A stretch of 64,000 nucleotides of DNA. Source: Saccostrea cucullata. Its lineage: Eukaryota. Location of the stretch: positions 558,001-622,000 of the forward strand of contig NW_026935164.1 in assembly GCF_032062105.1 (NCBI RefSeq), read 5' to 3'. Positions 42,839 through 55,310 of this stretch are shown here, piece after piece. The translations under genes and the position numbers were made by a program. The notes beneath the pieces are model-generated. The model did not search any database. It was not told the DNA's origin and saw only the letters and a program-made list of their open reading frames with translations. Every line of letters begins with the position of its first letter. The first letter of the stretch is position 1.

Positions 42839-45800
42839 TCATTCCTCTGGTCCAGACTTGATATTCCCTGTAGATCTGACTGGTATTGATGCTTGTTCTG
42901 TCTTCAGCTGGTCCATACTTGCAAGGTTTTTATATACTGTCATAGCCTGGCAAAAAATAAAATGGTCCATTGTAAACAATGCTTACTGATTAGATTTTGA
43001 CTTTCTGATCTTCATTATTTTTTCCAATTTCATTCAATTTTCATGAAATTCATAACTCCATATTGTAGACTAAAATTTAGCCTTAAGTGAGCTGTGATCT
43101 AATCATAATTAAGAATTTGTATATTTCCTTTATACTCCTATATAAAACTCCTTTTATGGCCCCATCCTATTCCAGGTAATGAACAAACTTGAATCTACAC
43201 TACCAGAGGATGCTTCAAAATGATATGACTAGTCAGGGATTTGCTGTTTTAGAGAATAAAATGTTTTTCTACATGTTAAATTTTGTTTTCCTATTATGCC
43301 ACCCCCCTTTTAACCTCCTATGAGATTCTTTATGAATTTGAAAACTGTTCTTTTTCTCAAAAATGTTGTTGAACTACAAAAAATTGTGACAGGTCATCAG
43401 GAAGATAAGGTAAACATAAGATATAAATTTCACTTTAACAAAGAAATATAAAATTTGATTAGAAAAGCTCAATTGAGGCTTTGACTCAGGTGAGCTAAAA
43501 ATTAACAACAAGTTTTCAATTTAGAAACTAGAAGAAGAAATGTGCTTAGTAATATTTGACAATCCACATTTCTTACTGTGTAACGGACTATATTATCCTT
43601 GTTTTATTTAAAATCTGTTGTAACATAAATTATACAACATTCCAAAAAGAAGTTGGGTTTTGACTCACCTGAGCAACCATCCCCCCGACATCCCCAGAAT
43701 TGGCAGGTAGAATGACGGTGTTGTTTGTTTTGGCCAGTTTACCAAAAGCATCCACATACTGTTCTGCTATACTGTATGCCACGGCATTCATTCCATTCTA
43801 CAATGAGATTTCAGTATTAACAATAATCAACAAGTATTTTACAGTCAAATGTGTTAAATCCTCACCCCACAGGCTTCACAAAGATTGGCCAGATTTGACA
43901 TTTTAGACAACTAAATTAATCCAAATACACTTTACATGTGGATAGAATGTTTTTTCAGCAATAGGAGATTTGGACTATACTATATCAAACAAACTTCATT
44001 GTATTTTCATTTCTTCACAAACAGGAAAAGCACACACCACACATGTAGATTTATGTTCATCGATATGAAACTTCTTGTTTTTAAAAATATTGAAGCAAAT
44101 GAAAGCATTGAAATTTTATTTTGTTAAAAATATAATTAATGAACTGTTAGTTTGTTGAGGAATGTAAATGTGTATTACAATATCAATAAAGATCAGACAT
44201 ACATGAATGAGTATATTTCTGAGCATATATCCTGACCTGTTTACTGATGGCCTCAGACACCTGGACGACCGCCCGGGCCTTGGCCTCCGCCATTGCTCTA
44301 ATGGCCTCCGCTTCACCTGAAGTTTGAAAGAATTTAGTGAGCTTTACTTTTAGTGTTAACATATTGTTTTCCCTTTTTGAAAATTCCCCAAAAATGTAAA
44401 TTTTTCATTTGCTTTGTTGCTTATCTCATTCTAGTTAGGGTTTTCATTAATAAGAGGTAGTAGGTGGTTTACATTTTTGTCGTTCTTTGGAATCACTAAC
44501 ATCTTTCATAATCATATAAATGATATAGTATATTGAATTCCTACCATTTGCGATGTTAATTTGTTCGATCTGGAAGGCCTCTGAATTCAGAATCTTTGCT
44601 TTCTTTTTACCCTCAGCTACATTTATTTCAGCTTCCCTGATACCTATTGAGAGTATAAATAAATGTGAAGAATATTTAAACATCAACATTTACTTAAGCC
44701 TCTCTCAAACCTGTTGAGAGAACAAATTAATATAAAGATTATTCAATCATCTATGTTACTTTCAAACATCAGAGTAAAATCATTTTTAAAGTCATTTAAA
44801 AATCCTTCCTATTTCCATTATACCAAGTCATATACCTAAGCCAACAATCAAAAGAAAAAAAGCTTCAATTTAAAAACAACTCTTGAAGAAAATTGCCCAA
44901 AAGAGCTAAATACATGTAATGGTAGTTCTTAACACATACCTACCTGTACCTGCATTCCAAGTTAAACTTTACTACACGTATGCTTTTTTACATTTGTGAC
45001 CATAAGTATATTTAGAACAAGTATAATTTTTGAAATCAAAATAGAATAGGATGAAACATTGAAAGATTGTGTCACTGATATTGAGCAGCTGTTAAGAAGA
45101 CATTAATAAGCTTACATACCCTCAGATTCCAAGATGCTAGCTCTCTTTTTCCTCTCAGCTTCCACTTGCATCTGCATAGCTTCCTGGATTCTATGGGGTA
45201 GAGTCATGTCCCCTACAAAATACATCAAATTTTAAGTCATTTCGAAACAAAATGATTTTATCACCTCCCACAATACTCAACCTTCTAATTTCTGTCTGTA
45301 GGGAGAACAATTATTCCCTAAAGTTCATCTAGATACAGCAAAACTCGGTTATAACGAAGTCGCTGGGACCTTTGAAATTACTTCGCTATATCCGTAATTC
45401 GTTATAACCATATAAGAAATTCATTAAATTTATATAGCTCGCGATCCAAAATGACTTTGCTATATCCGAGAATTTGCAATATCCGTATTCGTACCAAGAG
45501 AGTTTCACTGTATGATGATATTGCATAAAACTTTGAGCTTTTTCAATCCAAATTAGAAGTCTCAAACTGATTTAATATATAAGTTATCTGTGGATGAATA
45601 AAAGACAGACAAAAGTAACATGGTTCATAATCTTTAATCTCAAGTTAAATATTTCATTGTATCACCTGTACTTACTAATTTCATATCGTAAACAAGAAAT
45701 TCCCCATGGTTCTGATGCTTTGTTGATGGCATCTAAAATGGGAAAAAAAAAAACTTTTTGCAAATTCTAGTATTAGCAATCAGCTCTATATATTTTTTCA

Positions 45801-47996
45801 AAATAATTCTTTTTCTGAAATATTTTTTAAAATATATACAACGAATTTACTTGTCTCAAAAGATTCACACCATTTCAACATGTTCAAAGATTAAGTCACA
45901 ATATTTATTATATTACTTTATGACTGTACTGTTTTACATGCTTTGGAAAATGTGCTATACATCATATACCAATGTTGGTTACATGTACATGTATAATGAA
46001 CTGCTTGAATGATCATTGTCTATTAAAATACCATTTGAATATGGTGCAATGTTATTGAAACTTACCAACAATATTTACATTCAAAACTTCTCTCTCTCTG
46101 AAAACAGTATCTAGTGTAATTTTCCCTATTTCAGATCTCATGGTGGTTTGGGCTAATTTCTTGATGGCAAATTCAGCATTTTCTACATTATAACTACACT
46201 GTAAAAAATGTATAAGTAATTACAAACATTTTTAAAAAACACAATTATAAAGTTAAATGATGTATATTGAAATTTTAACATGTGTATGAATGCATTACCT
46301 TATATGGATCAAACACTTTAGTGTATAATACACCATCTAGTCCAAGTGTAACATTATCTATAATGAGAAAATTAAGTTTTTAAAAATAAACAACTTCAAA
46401 AGAGGTCTACAATGGAAAAAAACACCATAAACATTGGAATGATATTAAAGCATTAGCCATGTTTAGAGATGCTGCCAATGTTTTACCTGATGTTACAGCT
46501 GCCTGCTCTGGGACTTCTGAGGCCACCTCCTTTAGAGATTGTACATATTTAATTTTATCCACAAACGGTAAGATAAAGTTAAGTCCCTGTAAAGCAAAAA
46601 AAAAAAAAAAAGTTAACAAGTTTATTTCAAGGAAATAATTCCCTCCAATGCACTTATCTTCACATTTCTAGTACACCGACAATCCCAAATTATTTTTAAA
46701 CATATCTCAATCATATGTTAAATTAAAATCATAGTGTAGGAGTAATACACTTACCGGGTTCAAAACTCTATCAAACTTTCCAAACCTTTCCACTACCCAT
46801 GCTTCTTGTTGAGGTACAAACAGTATTATTGTGTTCATTGGTTGGTTTCGAGAAGTGAATTTCATATTTTGACTCCATTGACTCGGTATTGTTTTTCTCT
46901 GAAATTATATACATTTATTTATTTTTTTTTAAAGTTCATACTTTTACATACTTGTATTATTAATTAAGATTTAAAATAGTGTAAAAACATAATAGCATCG
47001 AGACATATCGATGTGATACATCAACCTTGCTGTTTTTTTGGGGGGAGGGGAGAGGAAACATCGTGTTACATACGACACCATGTGACATCAGAGTCTAGAC
47101 GCATCAAATAACACATGCGGCTTGACGAGCCCGATCTAAATTACCGTATAAGTAGAATTTTTAGTGAGGATTTTAATTTTGACATTATTAGCGAGGGTGC
47201 TGACATCGCTAAAATTTAATATCGCTAAAAAATGATTGCGTATTATCTGTAATATCTTCTTCAGTTAGCATTTCAAAATCACTAAAATTACTTTTCGTTA
47301 AAAATAAAACACCACATTTTAGGTCGAAATCGCTAAATTTGCGTCTCACTAAAATTTCCACTCATAAGGTATAACAAAAGAAATATCTGCAATCACCATA
47401 ATGGTCCCATCGTCAACATATTAACAGGGATATCAAAATCAAAAAAGTTTGTTTCAATCAATTTGGTTGTTAAATTAATTGCAACTGATACTGGGCCTTC
47501 CTTTCTTTGTATTCTTCGAAATCATTTCGGAGCTGATCCTCTCCGATTTGCTACATTGCAAGTATATGGGATGTATTTTGACTGTGGTGAGGTCTTGTCT
47601 GAGAAACATTTAAATTATTCTGTGTATAAATAGCAAAATCCTGAATAAGAAATTGAATATATCCAGGGCAGGCTTTGATTCAATTCCCTTGCTTATCAAT
47701 CCAATCTGGAAATGAATTGCAGCCAGATATTTAAATTCATATTTATATACATATTATTAAATAGATATATTGGAGACTTTAAAGTAAATTCAAGTGCAGA
47801 ACATTAAACTTCAATGTACGTATGAAGTAACACAAGGAAAAATTACGTAAGATCCACATTGGACAATAAAATAAACAAAAATGAACCCGTGTTGTAAATG
47901 CACAGAAAGTATGTTTTCTACTAAATCTGAATTTACATCTAGGCAAACACTGACCTGTAGAATTCTAATGCTTCTTGAAATGCACACTCTAGACAT
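42839..47996 (-). CDS. STOML2: Stomatin-like protein 2, mitochondrial, ~11 exons
   Basis: MSRVCISRSIRILQ presequence; FVPQQEAWVVERFGKF, GLNFILPFVDKIKYVQSLKE, LAQTTMRSEIGKITLDTVF, EAMQMQVEAERKKRASILESEG, AEQYVDAFGKLAKTNNTVILPAN; last exon ends GPEE* at 42839. Confidence 0.95.
45336..45510. mobile_element. Short copy of the 37398-37867 MITE
   Basis: Shared TIRs and TA flanks. Confidence 0.72.
47144..47369. mobile_element. Second copy of the 1461-1685 MITE
   Basis: Shared TIRs and internal cgctaaaattt repeats; opposite orientation. Confidence 0.72.
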
Positions 47997-48288
47997 GATG
48001 ATCTGACGTTCACGTTGACTCCTGTTTTTCACCAATTTTCACCGGAAATTCTCGGAGTCTATGTTAATTTAAAACCAACCATGACAACTCTCCGGATTCC
48101 GTAAGGTTACAACATAAATAGTCCATTTGTAGCCTGGTACACGAGTATGTTTTTAGGGCACGTAAACGAAGTTTCGGGGTACATAGTTTTTGTTGTTTCC
48201 GTCCGTCTGTCTGCATGTCTCTCTCTTTGTTTGTCTGCAAAAACTCTTTTACCTTCCCATAACTTTTGATTTAGTGGAGCTACAGTAT

Positions 48289-51200
48289 CACGGCGGGGAA
48301 TCTACGTCATCGTACGGGATTAGGACACACAAAAATGGAGGACAAATGCTCCGCTTCGATGTAAGAAATTGATATTTTTGCACTTATAAAGAATGGATAT
48401 TAAATCAGTATCCTGCCTAAAGTATGCCAAAGAACGTCAACTACAATATTTATTGTACGTTTGTTTGTGATAGAATCTTATTGCTCCAAACACTTCGACA
48501 CAGTTTGAAAACAAGTGAGAAAAACCCGGGATGTTGGCCACACTTTTTTAAAATTCGACCTATTATTGGCATATCCAGATGTACTAAACATTTTATTCTT
48601 CCGCGTGTACACTAGAACTAATATTTTTAAAAAATTCAGATTTGTTTAATAATTTATTATGCTTTAATTATCCAAGAAAAATGTATAAATCATTTTGTTT
48701 TCAGAAATGATGTAGGTCACACCAACACTAAAACGGATATGGGACACACAATAAGTTACTTTCAAATTGAAATATCGAGCATTCATATCTTAATGTTTCC
48801 ATTTAAATGACTGCTGTTAGATAGTATATAAACAATAACCTGTAAAACTCATCTTTGTAATACTCATCCACATACTTGATTCCCTTGGTTTGCTTGTATA
48901 CAAACAAATATTATAAGTTGAAAATGCTGGTCTATTCCTCAACAAAAGCTTCCAACATGAATTTTTTAAATTTAATTTCATGTAGAAATTTACCGGTGTT
49001 TACTTGTGCAGATCTATACTTCAGAGAGAGGTGGACCGAAGTCCGGGGATTGTGTTTATTTCATGATATTTCTATTTTAAGTTACACGACATCCACCCCC
49101 CACCCCCCATAAAAAAACACACACGCATACACATACACACTCACGAAATAAGTTCTTTTTAGGTTGCTTGTCAAAATAGTTTGGAGTCAGAAAATTCTTT
49201 CAAGTGTGCCCCCCCCCCCCCCACCTTCCATCCCGAAAAAGTTCCTTAATCTGCATATTGGTATTAATAATAAAATCTTCGGCACTAGCATGTCTTTTAA
49301 TATGGGAAAGAGATCAAGAACTTTTCTTATGCTCAAATATTTTGCAACAACTGACCCTCCATGTGAATATAAGAATTTTTTTCCCTACACATGCTACAAT
49401 GGTCTAAAAATAGATCGGGAAATTCCAAATTGAAACAAATAGTTTCGGAAAGCTATTTTATTTGCTCCTAACTTACACTCAGGTGAACATAAAATTAGTA
49501 ATCGAATGTATGAAAGTGGTTGCCAGTGATGGGGAGGGCCAAAACAAAAACTGAAGTTCAAAATTGTCTTTTCGTTGTTGCCAATCAAAGGTTTTTAGCT
49601 GTCATTTTTCTCTGATAATGCCCCCCCCCTCCAAAACTTATCCTATAAAAGAGCTTGACATTATTTCTTTTTTGGGTATAGCTACTAAAGTACTTTTTAC
49701 AAAAAAATCCCAATTTAAACTGCTACAGTATTATTTATTTAACCCTGCTCCTATCACTGCTTTTGGCTAATATTCCAGCAAATGTAAATAAGATGGCATG
49801 ATACGTAATATTTAATCACTTATTCATACATGTATAATAAAACAATAATTGTTGTTTTTTTTTCAATCAATACGATGGTTTAGCCACCTTCCAAGTACAA
49901 TATTCAACTTTATCTTTTTTCTCAAATATGGAGTCGGTGATAAACTATTAGAATTTTGACACAAGTTTGTCAGCTGTTGCAAATATTTGAGCATAAGAAA
50001 AATTCCTTAATCTCCGCTTCCTATCAGCTGACATACTAGAGTCTTGCCGACAAAGATCTAATAAATACAAACACTGAATATTCGAATACAGAAACTTTTC
50101 GAGGGGGGGGGGGGGTTCCACACAAACTAAAAAAAAGTTCTGACTCCAAAATATTTTTACAAGCAAAGAAATTAAACAATCAACCTAAAAAAAGCTGTTT
50201 CTTGTGTGTTCAATAGGATCTGGGTCGTGTTACTCAACACAGAAATATCGTAGAGTACGTAAAATATACGTAGATTCCGGACTTCAACCCTCCTTTTAGA
50301 TCCGCACATGTATATACTAGTATCTTTCAATATGATATTTAATAAAAGTCAAAATTTGAAATTCATTTTGGCAGCTTTTGTTGAGGATCAGGCAGGCCAT
50401 TTCAACTTATAATATTTGAATTTTTGTATGGATACAAGCAAACCAAGGGAAAATCAAATACATGTGTTTGTTATTTGTTATTTGTTAATGTATTTGGATG
50501 AGTATTACAAATATGTGTTGTACAAGATACAAGATATTTTATTTACCAATCAAGGGCCTCGAGGGGCATTTCAACATACATAAATGTACAATTTAAACAT
50601 TCTTTTTTTTTAAATATAATTTTTTTAAACAGTTATATAAATGACCAAGTTACATAATAATATTGATAATATTGTTCTCAGTGTCAATGATCATACATAA
50701 TACAAGTATCCAGAAGAATGTCAATGATCACAAAATAATATAAAAATGTGATGCTATACATGTATAAATTTAAATGGCTTAGCATGCATAAACAAGATGA
50801 CAGAATCTATGTATTTATACATTGGTTCTTTTACCATTTTCAGAAATAAATTTTCCAAGAAAGCATAAAATTTCTTTATTATCATTATTCAGTATCCATA
50901 TAAGTTTTTCAGCAGGTGTCAAAGAAGAGAAGTTTGGGTTGATTTTTGATATTGTTTCCATTAATTGCAACCTTTCATTGCTGTATTTTGGACAAATGAG
51001 CAAAAAATGTTGTTCATCTTCAACTTCCTGTATATTACATTGAGAACACTTCTTAGATTCAGGGGGAAGTCCTGCATATCTTCCCCTTTCAATATTTAAT
51101 TGATGTGCAGAAATGCGAAGTTTAGTTATATTTTTCCTCTGATCATAGTTATTGACAATGTGGAGATAGCGTTCTCTTCCAAAATTGGTTCTGAAGATGG

Positions 51201-52065
51201 AATAAGTTCTTAGTTTACCATCATTTTGCTGTCTATTTTCTCTATACCATTGGTTTATAAAATATTATCTTATAATACATGATGACTTCTTTTTTAAATG
51301 AACAAGTACAATATTTTGGTAAGTCAATATTTTTGAAAGCAGTTAAATGACCCAAAATTGTCTCAATGGATGCAAACCATGATGGTTTATTTTCTAAAAA
51401 GAGGCTTTTTGAGACGGAGTATGCTTCTTTGAGTAGGACAAAAGATGGATGTAATGTTTCTAGTCGAAACCAGTAACTAAGCATAGCTTTGATAACTGAA
51501 TGATACAAGGAAGAGTCATTGTTCATATACTACCAAACAGCAGTCATCTAAATGGAAACATTAAGATATGAATGCTCGATATTTCAATTTGAAAGTAACT
51601 TATTGTGTGTCCCATATCCGTTTTAGTGTTGGTGTGACCAACATCATTTCTGAAAACAAAATGATTTATACATTTTTCTTGGATAATTAAAGCATAATAA
51701 ATTATTAAACAAATCTGAATTTTTTTTAAATATTAGTTCTAGTGTACACGCGGAAGAATAAAATGTTTAGTACATCTGGACATGCGAATAATAGGTCGAA
51801 TTTTAAAAAAGTGTGGCCAACATCCCGGGTTTTTCTCACTTGTTTTCAAACTGTGTCGAAGTGTTTGGAGCAATAAGATTCTATCACAAACAAACGTACA
51901 ATAAATATTGTAGTTGACGTTCTTTGGCATACTTTAGGCAGGATACTGATTTAATATCCATTCTTTATAAGTGCAAAAATATCAATTTCTTACATCGAAG
52001 CGGAACATTTGTCCTCCATTTTTGTGTGTCCTAATCCCGTACGATGACGTAGATTCCCCGCCGTG
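48289..52065. mobile_element. Fold-back non-autonomous DNA transposon with CAC/GTG termini and 5-bp TSD (Transib/RAG-like)
   Basis: ~520-540-bp near-identical TIRs starting cacggcggggaatc; TSD agtat at 48284-48288 and 52066-52070; diverged inner arms ~48830-49360 and ~49960-50520. Confidence 0.85.
50525..51517 (-). mobile_element. 5'-truncated non-LTR retrotransposon (CR1/L2-group-like ORF2 C-terminus and 3'UTR)
   Basis: GKLRTYSIF...TKLRISAHQLNIERGRY...CSQC...VEDEQHFLLICPKY with a frameshift; tail aataaaatatcttgtatcttg. Confidence 0.8.
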
Positions 52066-53136
52066 AGTATGACTTTCTGTAATTCTTGTGAGAAAAACTT
52101 TCATTGGATACCAAGTACTTTGACCCTTTGATATTGACCTTGGAGTTTGACCCACTTTTAAAAAGCAAACTTTGACCACCACTTTAAAGGGTTATATGAA
52201 TTTAATCCTTGTGACAATACCTTTCTTTGGGTACCACCAAATGACTCTTTGCCCTTGGAGTTTGACCTACTTTTCAAAATCGGTAACCTTGGCCATAAAT
52301 TTCGAAGGGTTACGGCAAGACTTTTCATTAAATACCAATTACCTTGACCTTCCAGATTTCTGTCTTATGATAAAACTTTAACCCTGGTCTACTTTCATAT
52401 TTCACAATTGTTTTTCCAGTGAGAATACCCTACTTTGGAAACCAATATATTAAATTCGCATATAAGAAAAGTATAATCTCCGCAATGTTGCCATACGGGG
52501 GCATCAGTGTTTCACAAACGCATCTTGTAATAAACTATATCACCACAGAATGTTATTATAATCACAAACTCGAAATTATGACAAACAAAACAAGAGCTCT
52601 ATGAGCCCCATCGTTTACCTTAGCACTGTGGTTATCAGGCGCGGATCCAGATGTTTTCCAATTTCCCGGGGAGGGGGGGGGGATTCCACCTAAGCCCTCC
52701 AAAGTCCAACCCGGAAATTTCTTAAAAAGCAAAAATGAAATATCCCGTAAACTCCTTTCCCACTGAATCGAATAAATGACTTTTCATACCAAACTCACTA
52801 CAGCTCCATGTTTTCGAGGAGGGGTTTAGCGTTTTCCATGTTTTCTAGGGGGTCCAAGGTCACTTTCCAGGGGGAGTGGGGGTTCCGGACCCCATGGCTA
52901 GGAAAAAAAGCACAAATTAGTTCAACATATTTAGAAAATCTTTAATGTCACACAAGTTGTCAAAATAGTTCACAAAATATACCTGGATTTCTGATAACAG
53001 AACAAGCATCAGACCGATTACATCACGATGACTGAACAAAAGATGGAGGAGATCATGCAATCATGGATGCATGGACGTACAAAAGTGCAGACATAAACAG
53101 TAATCACATACTCATACGTGCCAAAATACAAAGGAC

Positions 53137-53469
53137 TTATATTTCATACTTCAGATACCATTTTTTTATCCTGACGCAGGTTGGTTGTGGATTGATTGTA
53201 TGTTGTTTAACGTCCCCCTCGAGAATTTTTCACTCATATGGAGACGCCACCACTTGCCCGTGGAGAGCTACAAATTTTGTCCCATGCTCGGCACTCAGGG
53301 CAAATGAGCAGTGAGGGATCTTTGTCGTGCCAGCACCTACTGTGACACGGGACCTCGGTTTAAACAGTCTCATCCGAAGGACCTGTCTCCACGTCCCACA
53401 GTAAGGATTGACTCCTTACTTCGCGACTATATCTAGCAAACGCTCTTACCACTACGCCACGCGGGCGAC
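53137..53469 (-). mobile_element. tRNA-derived SINE with 3' transduced flank
   Basis: Reverse complement of 60546-60913; TSD aaggac (53131-53136, 53471-53476). Confidence 0.85.
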
Positions 53470-53596
53470 CAAGGACAGATGAGTAAGGACGGAGGAAGTT
53501 TGCAGCTAGTGAACAAACTAAATCAACCTGAGACAAAGATAGCCTTTAAGATGGAGTTGAAGAATAAATTCTCTGCATTTAGATCATGGATGATGG

Positions 53597-53671
53597 CAGG
53601 CGCGTAGCTAGGCGTACGTTTGTACGCACAAACGTCCATATCATTTTCCAAAAAAGGGAAAAAAGAAAGAA

Positions 53672-53729
<58 letters not shown>

Positions 53730-55310
53730 TGTAAAGCATACTCATCTTTTTTTTTGCAAAATATCAGTAAATGATTTTAAAAATATAAAAAGAAAACAAT
53801 TTCGAATTAACGATAAAAAAAATACGTAGAAACAATTTTGAATTAATGATAAAAAATACTTATAAAGGAATCACTGTCTAGTTAGTATAGTATGCCAGGG
53901 CATCAACGATAGTGATTCCTTATATTTCCATTTCATTGTGAAATAAAATTGTAGATTAAGACTTTAAAAATGTAGACTAATCGATTTAAATCTTTTTTTA
54001 CACGAGGACTCCCATGCCAATTTCAATAGTCCTCGCTCACTGACGTCAAACACAAAGACAGCCGCACGAGATTTACATGCATATTTGGCCTCCTTAGCGT
54101 CAGACACAGAGATAGACACGCACGAGATTTGTATGCATATTAGGCCTCCTTAGCTCCTGGCCCATCGACCTGCCTAATTTAAATTCTGGCAGAATTATCA
54201 AGAAATAAACTCCCCTAACTTTCAAAGAGTTATCACAGAGAAAAAAAAAATAGAAATGGTAATGTATGAAAATCAACAGAATCAGTTTTGGGGGAAAATA
54301 CGATAGTATACACCGCACTGAAATCAAAAGATTTTCCTGGATTTTGGTTAGCTATCGGATATTCCTGATTTTTTTTAAGTGTAATTTCATTCTTAAAGAG
54401 TTTCTCTTTGTAGATTTCACACAATAAAACCCCAGTCGGATCCCTTAAAACAAACGACAATTTTATTTACTATAGTAATGCCAAGACTCTCAATTTCTAT
54501 TACTGGAAATTAACTTCCAGCCGTAATGCTGAACTTCTGTAACGATATTTCCCCAAAATTTTAACCTAATATCAGATTCATGAGGGACTTCAAAATTCAT
54601 AATTCAGCTTTTTATATGAATATCAAAAATCGAAAAATTGGTAAAATTCAGTTAAACCTTAAAAAAAATAACAAAAATAAGGTATGTTGACTTCCGTAAC
54701 ACTACCTTAAAACCAATAGTATATTTTACATGTTTTTATAATTGTTGCAAAAAGTTAAAGATACTAGATTTGGAATTATGAACATTTTTTGTTAAATGTA
54801 TACCATGATGTACATAGGTAATGTGCAAGAAAAAGAGTTGAAGAGAAGTCCTCTCTTTGTTATTTTCAATCTTTAGAGGTGTATTTTTAAAATTAATGTA
54901 AGCCTGACTATCAGTCAATTACGTGGTCTGTCTACACCATTCAACCACTCTAACCAACTACCGTATGTTACCATACGTATTTTGTCGCGGTTCAAAAGTT
55001 TAAAATTGTTTTATTGGGTCGTCAAACAACGCTACTGGACATATTTTTTCTCAGTTTTGAGTGTTTGTCAGCATTTTGTACAAGGAAAGAACAGACCTCA
55101 AATGCGGCCTGCCTAACAAACTGAAAAGATGTAAGAAAAATGCTATCAGAAGGATGCACATCGAAATCGTCGAAAATTCACCAGCTTCCGCGGGCTTTGC
55201 CCCCTGGCCTCCACCTTGGCTTAGCCTTGGACCCATTGGGGTCCTTAAGAAGGCCCCAAACCCCTGCCTATTCAGGCGTCTACATCAAAAGTACCGTGGC
55301 TACGCCCCTG
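53597..55310. mobile_element. Non-autonomous TIR element with 5-bp TSD, containing (GA)n at ~53676-53725
   Basis: caggcgcgtagc / gctacgcccctg termini; TSD gatgg (53592-53596, 55311-55315); RTE sequence continues on both sides. Confidence 0.78.

Larger units (their letters stand above)
48148..52530 (+). mobile_element. HINE/Helentron-type element split by the CAC-TIR insertion (pieces ~48148-48288 and ~52066-52530)
   Basis: 5' cgaagtttcggg...tccgtccgtctgtctg microsatellite, internal tgaccttggagtttgacc repeats, 3' ggggcatcagtgtttcacaaacgcatcttgt. Confidence 0.65.

Noticed and set aside
49360-49960. RAG1/RAG2-like or Transib transposase coding remnant in the fold-back centre
   Set aside because: Only short ORFs with no transposase-like motifs are visible.
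48190-52182. Duplicated small ORFs (MPKNVNY... at 48424 + and 51739 -)
   Set aside because: They are mirror images within the TIRs, with no recognisable domain.
53586-53829. RE-repeat ORFs
   Set aside because: Translation of a (GA)n microsatellite.
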